Below are positions 1 through 7,527 of a DNA stretch of 64,000 nucleotides, piece after piece; position 1 is the first letter of the stretch; each line of letters begins with the position of its first letter. Under the pieces are notes generated by a model. That model saw nothing but the letters and a program-made list of their open reading frames with translations. It was not told where the DNA came from and did no database searches. The DNA lies in IMG/VR virus record IMGVR_UViG_3300022309_000005, positions 1 to 64,000 of that record. The stretch is one strand, 5' to 3'. Source of the stretch: a virus (Duplodnaviria; Caudoviricetes). The position numbers and the translations under genes are program-made.

Positions 1-60
1 CACCTCGCGGTTGTCGCCCTGGTACAGGTCGATCCCGGGCTCGTGGTAGTAGGGCGTCAC
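1..60 (-). CDS. N-terminus of a probable N4-C/N6-A DNA methyltransferase (runs off the window)
   Basis: GTG start overlapping the VRR-NUC stop; translates VTPYYHEPGIDLYQGDNREV, resembling the 'PYY..GITLYHGDCREV' start of phage amino-methyltransferases. Confidence 0.55.
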   Translation of the reverse strand, partial: MTPYYHEPGIDLYQGDNREV

Positions 61-347
61 GGCTTCACCGCCCCGATGGCCCGGAGCGCCTCCTCGGGCG
101 ACTCGACGACGCAGACCTGGCCGCGCCAAGCGTCGTGCCAATCCTGCTCATCCGGAGTCAACCTGCGCTTCGAGGGCGGCGCCTCCCCGTCCTTCACCTC
201 GATCAGCGTGTTGACCTTCCGGTAGCCCACGAGCAGATCCGGGATGCCGCGCCCGAGCCGGAAGATCGGCTCGACGCTCGCGCCCGCCTTCCGGAGCGCC
301 TCGACGATCTGCCCCTGGTTCCTGTCCACCTTCGCGGCGCGTCTCAT
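57..347 (-). CDS. VRR-NUC / PD-(D/E)XK Holliday-junction-resolvase-like nuclease
   Basis: MRRAAKVDRNQ...GIPDLLVGY...LIEVKDG...LTPDEQDWHDAWRGQV; homologue at 36298..36588. Confidence 0.75.
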   Translation of the reverse strand: MRRAAKVDRNQGQIVEALRKAGASVEPIFRLGRGIPDLLVGYRKVNTLIEVKDGEAPPSKRRLTPDEQDWHDAWRGQVCVVESPEEALRAIGAVKP

Positions 348-535
348 GCGGACACCTCCAGCTCGACGCGCTGCCCAGGCTCGAACCTGCGGCGGATTCG
401 CGCGTATGCGCGGTTGGCGCCAGCCTCCGTCTTCCACAACAACGCGCGATCCTTGTGCGCGTTCCAGTGTTCACCGTCCCAGTAGACCGCATTCCCCCAG
501 ACGATACTTGTAATCCGCCAAGTCCGCTTGCTCAT
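344..535 (-). CDS. Hypothetical protein, copy A only
   Basis: 63-aa ORF MSKRTWRITS..., overlapping both neighbours by 4 nt. Confidence 0.55.
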   Translation of the reverse strand: MSKRTWRITSIVWGNAVYWDGEHWNAHKDRALLWKTEAGANRAYARIRRRFEPGQRVELEVSA

Positions 536-654
536 GCGACACCAAACGCTTTCGCGACCATCCAGGCCAGCGCCAGCACGTCCAGCGGCAGCACCGCGCA
601 CAGATACCAGAATACAACTGAATACCCCGCCCACTGTCTCGTTTCGTGTTTCAC
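532..654 (-). CDS. Small hydrophobic peptide
   Basis: GTG-start KHETRQW...LDVLALAWMVAKAFGVA; homologue at 36585..36713. Confidence 0.5.
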   Translation of the reverse strand: MKHETRQWAGYSVVFWYLCAVLPLDVLALAWMVAKAFGVA

Positions 655-669
655 GCTCTCGTCCCGTTG

Positions 670-1410
670 CTAGGTGTGTTCACTTCCTGGCTTGACACGC
701 AGAGACTCGGTGCCGCAATCCCAAGCCCTGCCGTCTTGCCGCATCCGATCCACGAACCTCTTGCCGTACCTCGTGGCGAGCGTCGCCCGCGTGGCGTTCG
801 AGGTGATCAGCGTCTTCCGGCGCCCCTCGTGGCGCTCGTCGATCAGCTCGCCGAACATCCCGAGCCAGTAGTCGGTCAGGCTTTCGGCCCCGAGGTCATC
901 GACCACGAGGAGCCCGTCGTAGAAGAGCCGGTCCCGCTCGAGGTCCGCCTCGTCCCCGAACGATGGCAGGCGCGCGAGGTGGACAGCTCGACGCCAGCAC
1001 GCGCGAGAGCCCCGCCGGATGCCCCAGGCCAGCGCCTCGACGCTCGCGACTGTCTTCCCGGTGCCGACGTCGCCAAGGAGCAGGCCGAACGTCAAGCTCG
1101 AGGCCAGGAACTCGGCTACGGCCACCATGCCGGGCTTGCTCCGGTCCGCCGTCCTCCAGGCGTCCGCGGCGCGCGCTGGAGCTCCGGCTTGGGCCAGCAT
1201 GCGCGGGATCGAGGCTTCCGCCCGCGCGGCCGCGCGCTTCCGGGCCTGCTCCGCTTCCCACTGCTCGTCCAGGCGCCACGCCTCCGGCAGGTCCCGGGCG
1301 ACATCCGGGTAGGCGGCCTCCCACTCGGCGATGATGCGTCGGCGCTCAGCCATGGCGGCCGGGTTCCGCGCGGCTTCGTAGACGCTCGGGGCCTCGAAGT
1401 CACCAGGCAT
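670..1410 (-). CDS. DnaC/IstB-like AAA+ helicase loader
   Basis: Walker A GDVGTGKT, Walker B LLVVDDLGAE, 'LIDERHEGRRKTLITSN'; lies downstream of the replication initiator. Confidence 0.85.
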   Translation of the reverse strand: MPGDFEAPSVYEAARNPAAMAERRRIIAEWEAAYPDVARDLPEAWRLDEQWEAEQARKRAAARAEASIPRMLAQAGAPARAADAWRTADRSKPGMVAVAEFLASSLTFGLLLGDVGTGKTVASVEALAWGIRRGSRACWRRAVHLARLPSFGDEADLERDRLFYDGLLVVDDLGAESLTDYWLGMFGELIDERHEGRRKTLITSNATRATLATRYGKRFVDRMRQDGRAWDCGTESLRVKPGSEHT

Positions 1411-2428
1411 GATCGCCCCCGCTGCCCCGCGAGTGGTCCTCGTCCTCGGCGCGCACCACGCCGCGGCGACGGTCCTGGGCCTGAGCGGCACCCCACCGCG
1501 GATCGTTCGGCCGCGCTGCGAAGTCGGCGATCCCGGTCGCCGGGCCGGAGCGGGCCACGAGCGCGGACTCGAAGCGCCGGCCGAGGTCCTCGACGGTGAG
1601 CGCCGCGGTGATCAAGCCGCACAGCCGCCCCACCGCGGCGCCGTCCTTGGCGCCCTGGAACACGTACCGGCGACCCGTCGCGCGCTCGTAGCCCTCGCCG
1701 AGTCGGTCCGACAGCGCCCGGAAGTGTGGAGATGTACCCCTATCTGCAGCGTCCCTGGAGCGCTTCGCCTTCTTCGCCGGCCGCTCCGGAACGCCCTCCA
1801 GGACCGCCTGGGCGGGCTCCTGGGCGTCTTTCGCGGGCGGGGTAGGGGTCTGGGAGGGTCCGGACGGCGGCGGCTGTCCGGCGGGCTGCGCACGCTCACC
1901 ATGGCCCACATCGGCGGGCGCGACGGCGCCCGCAAGGTGTTCCTGCGACTGCGACTGATCATGCGACTGATCATGCAGCGGCGGGAAACTGTATTTCCCG
2001 GGCGGGAACTCGCGTTTCCCGGGCGGGAACTGCGCGGGAAGTGATTCCGCGTGGTTGGCATCGTGCGGCGGCGGAGCAGGCGTCCGGCGCCTCGAGCCCT
2101 TCGGGTTGTCGGCGCTGTACTCCTCGCGCCTACGTTGCCCGTGTGGGCCGTACCAGCCGAGGAGGTGCCCATAGGTGCGCCCGCCGTCCGCCCAGAGCTG
2201 AAGCATCCCGGCCGCCCGGTACTCCTCGAGCCAGGCGGCGATCTCCACGTCGGTCACGTCGGGCCGGAGCGGCCACCCGCGGCCGGCCAGGACCCGGGGG
2301 TTGGAGTCGAAGCAGCCGAAGTCGTCCGCGAGCAGGAGCATGCGCGGGAAGGCGTCCTGCGCCCGCGGCGAGCATGCCGCCAGTGAGGGCGAGGTCAGCA
2401 GCGAGTCGTCGAGCAGGCGCTTGCCCAT
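1400..2428 (-). CDS. Phage replication initiator (lambda O-like position)
   Basis: N-terminus 'LLLADDFGCFDSNPRVL' followed by a low-complexity linker with internal DNA repeats; next to the DnaC-like gene. Confidence 0.65.
   Translation of the reverse strand: MGKRLLDDSLLTSPSLAACSPRAQDAFPRMLLLADDFGCFDSNPRVLAGRGWPLRPDVTDVEIAAWLEEYRAAGMLQLWADGGRTYGHLLGWYGPHGQRRREEYSADNPKGSRRRTPAPPPHDANHAESLPAQFPPGKREFPPGKYSFPPLHDQSHDQSQSQEHLAGAVAPADVGHGERAQPAGQPPPSGPSQTPTPPAKDAQEPAQAVLEGVPERPAKKAKRSRDAADRGTSPHFRALSDRLGEGYERATGRRYVFQGAKDGAAVGRLCGLITAALTVEDLGRRFESALVARSGPATGIADFAARPNDPRWGAAQAQDRRRGVVRAEDEDHSRGSGGDHAW
1944..2042. repeat. Iteron-like repeats inside the initiator gene (putative origin)
   Basis: tgcgactgatca x2 in tandem (1950-1973); tttcccgggcgggaact x2 (1994-2010, 2015-2031); gcgggaa at 1981, 2002 and 2023 (21-bp period). 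Confidence 0.6.
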
Positions 2429-2739
2429 CACGCACCCCCTCCCGCCGCGCGCCGCTCGATCTCCGCCTCCGCCACGGCAAAGCCCGCGTCCGTGGGCCAC
2501 CAGAGACACCTCGCCTCGGGACGCCAGACGAGCCCGCGCTTTTCGAGCGCCAGGAGGTGATCCCGCATTGCGTTCGTGCTCTTGATCCCGAGGCTCGCCA
2601 TCATGCCCCCTCGTCCGCCCCGGAAGCTCGGCGGGCACATCGGCCGCGGCCTTCCCAGGAGCATGCGCAGGAGCGGCCCGGCCATCAGGACGAGCACCTC
2701 GAGCTGTCTCGGCGTCGGGGCCTCGCTCCTACGTCCCAT
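2428..2739 (-). CDS. Stand-alone LexA-like winged-helix DNA-binding protein
   Basis: 'PTPRQLEVL...PPS...GIKSTNAMRDHLLALEKRGLV' resembles the LexA N-terminal domain; no peptidase domain. Confidence 0.7.
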   Translation of the reverse strand: MGRRSEAPTPRQLEVLVLMAGPLLRMLLGRPRPMCPPSFRGGRGGMMASLGIKSTNAMRDHLLALEKRGLVWRPEARCLWWPTDAGFAVAEAEIERRAAGGGA

Positions 2740-2905
2740 GGCGCGCCTCCGGCTTGCGCTCGAACTTCGGGCAGGTCCGCGCCGTGTCGCTCGTGGCGAC
2801 GGGGTAGAGCGGCCCATCGTCGCGCACGTAGCAGGTCAGGATGCCCCAGAGTCCGCCCGGCTCCAGGTGGCGGCACTGGCCGCAGGTCCTCGGCTGCTCA
2901 CCCAC
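2729..2905 (-). CDS. Small Cys-containing protein
   Basis: RTCGQCRHLEP...TCPKFE; near-identical homologue at 39099..39275. Confidence 0.6.
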   Translation of the reverse strand: MGEQPRTCGQCRHLEPGGLWGILTCYVRDDGPLYPVATSDTARTCPKFERKPEARHGT

Positions 2906-3524
2906 GGGACACCTCCGAAGCTCGCACCGCTTCCCCGGCCCGCGCGACGCGCGCCTCATCAAGGCGATCCTGGATTCGGATCGCGTCCAGCAGCCCAGAC
3001 ACAAGCGCGGCCTGAAGGTCAGAGCCGAACCGCTCGGAATGGTTGCGAAAGCGGATCAGCCAGAACTGACGCGACGGCTTGCTGTTCGTCTTTCGCTCGT
3101 GGCACTCGGATCGCAACATCCAGCACGTGTCGGCGCTTTCGGCCCTGTCTCCGGTCGCGCGCCGTCCCCAGAAGTGATCCATCTCCGGAGCGCCGGCCAA
3201 GGTCTGCAAAAATGGCATCCCACAGCCGCACTCGCACACGCCCCCGGCGCGCTGCTCGACCGCGTCGTACACCTCCATCGTCTTGCGCGCCTTCGCCCCG
3301 CGCGCCCCGTGGGCCTTCCGGAGCCGGTCGAGCTTCGAGGGCTTCTTGTGCCGCTGGTTCAGGGGCCGCGCCTTCTTCCGGGCGGAGAGTTTCTCGGTGG
3401 CGGCGATCAGATCGTCGAGTCGCCGAAGCGCCAGCTCCAGCTCGTAGCTGGCGGCCGGCCTTCTGATCGGGTCCGCGATGGTCCGAGCATCCTTGAGCCG
3501 CAGCTTCACGAACGAATCACGCAA
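2898..3524 (-). CDS. HNH-like endonuclease
   Basis: CECGCG...EMDHFWGR...CWMLRSECHERKT; TTG start after GGAG SD; positional homologue of the HNH gene at 39576..40190. Confidence 0.6.
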   Translation of the reverse strand: MRDSFVKLRLKDARTIADPIRRPAASYELELALRRLDDLIAATEKLSARKKARPLNQRHKKPSKLDRLRKAHGARGAKARKTMEVYDAVEQRAGGVCECGCGMPFLQTLAGAPEMDHFWGRRATGDRAESADTCWMLRSECHERKTNSKPSRQFWLIRFRNHSERFGSDLQAALVSGLLDAIRIQDRLDEARVARAGEAVRASEVSRG

Positions 3525-3711
3525 AGGGCACCCCCTCGACCTTCTCGGCGAGCGGCTCGAAGCAGTTGCACTCGGCCGCTCTTCGGTTGTTGGCGGAGAC
3601 GAGGAGGCCATCTGCAACCCAGAACGGCACGGGCGCGCGGCACCTCCCCTTCGCTGGTCCGGCCTTCTCGAAGCGCTCGCACATCGAGCACGTCTTCTTG
3701 TCGTCGCTCAT
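3517..3711 (-). CDS. Small Cys-rich protein
   Basis: MSDDKKTCSMC...CRAPVPFWV...CNCFEPLAEKVE; homologue at 40183..40383. Confidence 0.6.
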   Translation of the reverse strand: MSDDKKTCSMCERFEKAGPAKGRCRAPVPFWVADGLLVSANNRRAAECNCFEPLAEKVEGVPFA

Positions 3712-3715
3712 GGCT

Positions 3716-3928
3716 TCATGCTCCTCGGACAAGCTCGCGAGCCTTGCTGTAGACGGCCAGCAAACGGCCGGCTTCGGCTCTGTTCGTCGGGCAGCGGCAC
3801 CCGCCGTTAGTGCCAGGCCCAGGCCGCCGTCGCACGCGGCAGGAGTTGTCGCCGCAGCCCTGGAGGATCTGCTCTGTGAGTTCCACCTCGGCCCTCAGCC
3901 GGTCCAGCGCGGACGTGTTCTCACCCAC
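3716..3928 (-). CDS. Hypothetical protein
   Basis: GENTSALDRLRAEVEL...; homologue at 40630..40851. Confidence 0.6.
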   Translation of the reverse strand: MGENTSALDRLRAEVELTEQILQGCGDNSCRVRRRPGPGTNGGCRCPTNRAEAGRLLAVYSKARELVRGA

Positions 3929-4853
3929 GGGACACCTCCGGGAACTCGCGGACGCGGAGGTCCTCGGGCCACTCGGACGGGTCCCCGCCTTGGGAGTCTT
4001 CCGGATCGAGCCAGCAGGTCTCGTGGTCTTGACGCTCTTCGTTCCAGCGCTCCATGTAGGGCCGCGCCCCGAGCTGCTTCACGAACGGGGGCACGCCGGC
4101 CGCGCGGCACTGCCCGACGATGGCGCGGATCCACGCCACGTCACAGGGGCGGGCCTTGGGGCCGCTCTCCCCGCCGATGATGATCCAGGAGATCCCCATC
4201 GGGTCGATAACGTCGTCTGCCTGTTCAAAGTTGAGGGCGCTCGATCCGTTCATGGCGGACCTAATAGCTGCGGGCCGGTCGAATACCCACCGGTCGAGGT
4301 CCACCGGACCGACGAGCGGCTCGACGCTCAGGAACCGGAGCGCGAACCCCTCCGCGCCGAGCAGGCGCGGTATCCACTCGTCCGCCGTGGCCTGGTCCGA
4401 GACGGAGGTCCCGAGCCACACGAGGGGCCGGACGTCCTCAGGGACAGCGGCCCAGCGCTCGGGGCGCTTCGTGAGCAAGAGCCAATCGATGCCGGCCGAG
4501 CGGATCTCCATGCTTCCAGGCACGACGTGGCGCGAGACGCGGGCCGTCCGGCGGATCAGGTCCATCCACTCCAGGAAGGTTCCCTCCGGGATCTTCGGGT
4601 CAAGCGGGTCACAGAGCGAAGGGAAGACCCGGATCCGCTTCCCATCAAGCGACGCCTTCCGCGCCCAGGACAGCGGCTTGCGCCAGTAGGCCGGTGAGGT
4701 CTGACGCCTTGTCCCGTCCGGCCCCCAGCGCACGCCGAAGCGCCCGCCGTACTGCTCCGCGTAGCAGTTCGCGCACCCGGTGTGCCTCCTGGTGCATCCA
4801 ATAACAGGGCTCCATGATGCGTCGGCCCACTGGATCGTTGTCGTGTCACCCAT
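3921..4853 (-). CDS. DUF5131 / Gp37Gp68-family protein
   Basis: TTIQWADASWSPVIGC...GCANCYA, FLSVEPLVGPVDL, WIIIGGESGPKARP, PFVKQLG. Confidence 0.85.
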   Translation of the reverse strand: MGDTTTIQWADASWSPVIGCTRRHTGCANCYAEQYGGRFGVRWGPDGTRRQTSPAYWRKPLSWARKASLDGKRIRVFPSLCDPLDPKIPEGTFLEWMDLIRRTARVSRHVVPGSMEIRSAGIDWLLLTKRPERWAAVPEDVRPLVWLGTSVSDQATADEWIPRLLGAEGFALRFLSVEPLVGPVDLDRWVFDRPAAIRSAMNGSSALNFEQADDVIDPMGISWIIIGGESGPKARPCDVAWIRAIVGQCRAAGVPPFVKQLGARPYMERWNEERQDHETCWLDPEDSQGGDPSEWPEDLRVREFPEVSRG

Positions 4854-6765
4854 GGTTCCCCTCGCTCTCTCCGGCGCCCGGCGCGACGGATCCGGAGCGC
4901 GCAGCCCATGTTGCGCACGTGTCCCCGGGGTGTGCGGTTCGCAGCGAGTCGGCTAGGCACGCCCCGGCAATGCCGCCGCCCCAGGTCCAGTGACGGCACG
5001 TCTCGCACGTCGGCTTCGGAGCAACGCCCGGCGCGACGAAGCTGATGCACTCCCCGACCGTCTCATCGGCGACTAGATGCTCGGCCGCCGAATGTCCGCA
5101 CCGCACACAGAGCGGGTCCTCCGCCGGACGGAAGGAGTACCCGAGCGCGGCCTGTGGGCCGCTGGCATCGAGGATCGCATCCATGTTCGGTCGACCGGCC
5201 TCCCCCAGCCTCCGCGCCGTCTCCATGGCCGCCTCGCCCTGGCGAGCGAGGTCGGGCGCCGTCCCGGTGGAGGCGGGGGGCGCCGCGCGCATGTCGATCC
5301 CCTGGATCCACTTCACGGCCACGGCGGCGACCTGGACAAGCTCGGCGCGCAGGAGCGCCTGGTCGGCCTCGGCGAAAGCCTCGGCGACCTCTTCGGCGAG
5401 CACGTGGCGGTAGGTCGCCGTGTTGCGCGCGCGCGCGTAATCGCACCGTTCACGAGCCAGATCGGCTTCAGTTCGATCACCGGGAAGGCCGGTTCCGTCC
5501 GGCAACGTGGCGATCCTGGCCGTCCCCCACTTCGCGTCCTGCCGCGCCCGCTCCGCGCGCACGTCCTCCAGGACGCGCTGAACCGGATCGGAAGGCGCCG
5601 CGCCCACGTCGGCCGCGTGTGCGCCCGGGTCGATCTCGAGCCATGCCTCTTGGGCATCGTATGCCTGGCGCAGGATCCGGGTCCGCTCCTCGTGAGTCTT
5701 CGGCGACTCATCCAGCCAGTCGTCAAGCGCCTCCACGGCGCGGTACAGCGCACGCCCTCGGGTCCGCCAGTCCGCGCCCACGTCGGCCGGGCGCGCGGGC
5801 TGGAACCTCGACGGGTCCCAGTCGCACGGCCCAGCATCCTGGTAGTTGACCCCAAGGAGCCACTTGCACATCTTGGAGTGGCGGCACTCGCTGCACGGCC
5901 GCGCCCCGTCGTCCGTCCGGGGCGGAGCGAACGCCTGCTCGGGAGGGGCGGCGGACTTCATCGCTTCGAGTTCCTTGGCCATCGATTCCGCCGCGTCCGC
6001 CTTCAGGGCCTCAACTTCGGCGTCGTGCTCCGCATCGTCGTTTTGCGCACGGCACGCTGCTGCGTAAGACCGGCACGCACCCGCAGCAGCCTCGAGCGCA
6101 TCGTCCCGCGCCGTGGCGAGCGCCCCCTCCAGCTCCGCCACCCTGGCGCGCAGCTTGTCATCGGACGTGGAAGCCTGCTCTGGAGGGGCGGCGGGCGGAA
6201 GGTTCGCCGTGAGCCAGGCCGGGCGCTCCCACACGTCGTGCTCATCCTCGTACTGGCGGGCCAGGCGCTCCAGCGCAGCGCGCGCCCCGTCTCGCTCGCC
6301 TAGTAAATTCGCAATCCGCTCCGACAGTGCACGGCGAGCGGCCATCGAGTCGGCGACCTCGCCCCGCAGCGCCCCCTCCAACTCCGCCACCCGCGCCGCG
6401 AGGTTCGCCCGCTCCAGCACGCCTGCATCCCTCTCGGCCACGAGGGCGTCCCGTTTGCTCGCCATCTCGGCCAGCGAGGCGAGCGCGTCATTGCGCCGGG
6501 CGAGGGCCTCGCCGCGCTCCTCCTCCGCCTTCGACAGCGCGAACCGCGCCTCCTCGCGCTCGCCCACCCTCTTGCTGTGCTCCTCGATCCAGTGGCGGAT
6601 GCACAACGGGCTCCGGGAACACTTGTCGTCTCGGCCGCAGTCCCTCGCCTGGGCGAAAAGCGACCTGGCCTCGTCGCGCTGCTCGATGGCCTCGATCCGA
6701 TCCCGCTCCGCCTCCGCGAGCGCGTCCCGCATTGAGCGCCGCGCCGTCTTCTTCTTGTCCGTCAC
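4846..6765 (-). CDS. Modular coiled-coil protein containing a MazG-like NTP-pyrophosphohydrolase segment
   Basis: Repeated RVAELEGAL and AAPPEQA linkers; 'VRAERARQDAKWG...LAEEVAEA...LRAELVQVAAVAVKWI'; partial homologue at 41197..42342. Confidence 0.65.
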   Translation of the reverse strand: MTDKKKTARRSMRDALAEAERDRIEAIEQRDEARSLFAQARDCGRDDKCSRSPLCIRHWIEEHSKRVGEREEARFALSKAEEERGEALARRNDALASLAEMASKRDALVAERDAGVLERANLAARVAELEGALRGEVADSMAARRALSERIANLLGERDGARAALERLARQYEDEHDVWERPAWLTANLPPAAPPEQASTSDDKLRARVAELEGALATARDDALEAAAGACRSYAAACRAQNDDAEHDAEVEALKADAAESMAKELEAMKSAAPPEQAFAPPRTDDGARPCSECRHSKMCKWLLGVNYQDAGPCDWDPSRFQPARPADVGADWRTRGRALYRAVEALDDWLDESPKTHEERTRILRQAYDAQEAWLEIDPGAHAADVGAAPSDPVQRVLEDVRAERARQDAKWGTARIATLPDGTGLPGDRTEADLARERCDYARARNTATYRHVLAEEVAEAFAEADQALLRAELVQVAAVAVKWIQGIDMRAAPPASTGTAPDLARQGEAAMETARRLGEAGRPNMDAILDASGPQAALGYSFRPAEDPLCVRCGHSAAEHLVADETVGECISFVAPGVAPKPTCETCRHWTWGGGIAGACLADSLRTAHPGDTCATWAARSGSVAPGAGESEGNHG

Positions 6766-6974
6766 TGGATCACCCCGCGATCTTTCTGGCGCTGCTCCTC
6801 AACCAACTGCCGAAGTCCGTCCATCACCGTGTCCATCATCCATTGGGTGAAGCGCGCCAAGTCATCCTGCGTCAACAGGAGCTTGTGTGGAGTTCCGTGC
6901 GCCCTGAAGAACTCTTGGGCGATGATGCGCGCGTTGTCGCTGGGCTCAACCGTCGACCCCTTCGTCTTCGTCAT
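6762..6974 (-). CDS. Hypothetical protein, copy A only
   Basis: 70 aa, MTKTKGSTVEP..., coupled to both neighbours. Confidence 0.55.
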   Translation of the reverse strand: MTKTKGSTVEPSDNARIIAQEFFRAHGTPHKLLLTQDDLARFTQWMMDTVMDGLRQLVEEQRQKDRGVIQ

Positions 6975-7183
6975 GGCTTCACCTTCCTCGTCCGCGCCTT
7001 GTGGGCGGACGCCAGCAGCTTCAGGAGCTTGTGCTCGGCTTCGCTTGCGATCAGGCGCACCGTGCCGAGAAGCGCCATGTCGGAGCCGGACAGCTTCGCC
7101 GTCCCCAACATCGCCAGCCTTCCCCGGCACCCGCGCAGTTGCCGGAGCGCGCTCCGGATGTCCTTCTCGGCGGCGGGCGTCAC
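6971..7183 (-). CDS. Hypothetical protein
   Basis: Almost identical to 42339..42551. Confidence 0.65.
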   Translation of the reverse strand: MTPAAEKDIRSALRQLRGCRGRLAMLGTAKLSGSDMALLGTVRLIASEAEHKLLKLLASAHKARTRKVKP

Positions 7184-7416
7184 GACTTCGACCCCCGCGC
7201 CTTGGGCGCCTTCTCGCTCGACTTCTCGGCGGAGAGCGCGGCCGTGCAGAGCAGCCGGATCGCCTCCGGCGCTCCCACCCGGCGCTCGAACTGGTCCGAC
7301 AGCTTCCGGGCGAACTGCCCGATCTCGTTCAGCAGGCTCGCCGGGAGATAGATGTTGAGGCGCTTCTTCGCTCGCGGATCCACGATCTCCAAGTGCAGCT
7401 CCTTTCGTTGGCGCAT
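7180..7416 (-). CDS. Ribbon-helix-helix (Arc/CopG-like) putative repressor; alternative TTG start at 7392
   Basis: 'KRLNIYLPASLLNEIGQFARKL...APEAIRLLC' strand-helix-helix pattern; transcribed divergently from the right arm. Confidence 0.6.
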   Translation of the reverse strand: MRQRKELHLEIVDPRAKKRLNIYLPASLLNEIGQFARKLSDQFERRVGAPEAIRLLCTAALSAEKSSEKAPKARGSKS

Positions 7417-7435
7417 GTGGCGCCGATGGTGCGGT

Positions 7436-7486
7436 ACCCTAGCACCACACGGGGCACTTGACAAGTGCCTTTTTCCGTGCCATCTT
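7436..7486. promoter_or_regulatory. Back-to-back sigma70-type promoters sharing a palindromic -35/operator
   Basis: Plus strand: TTGACA(7458-7463)-N17-CATCTT(7481-7486). Minus strand: TTGTCA(7464-7459)-N17-TAGGGT(7441-7436). Inverted repeat ggcacttg-a-caagtgcc at 7453-7469. Confidence 0.75.
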
Positions 7487-7527
7487 CCGCGCAGCTCGGG
7501 CGACCGGGGCAACGAAGCGGAGGAGCG

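Noticed and set aside
670-1410. IS21-family element (IstB)
   Set aside because: No IstA transposase or terminal inverted repeats; the context is a phage initiator-loader pair.
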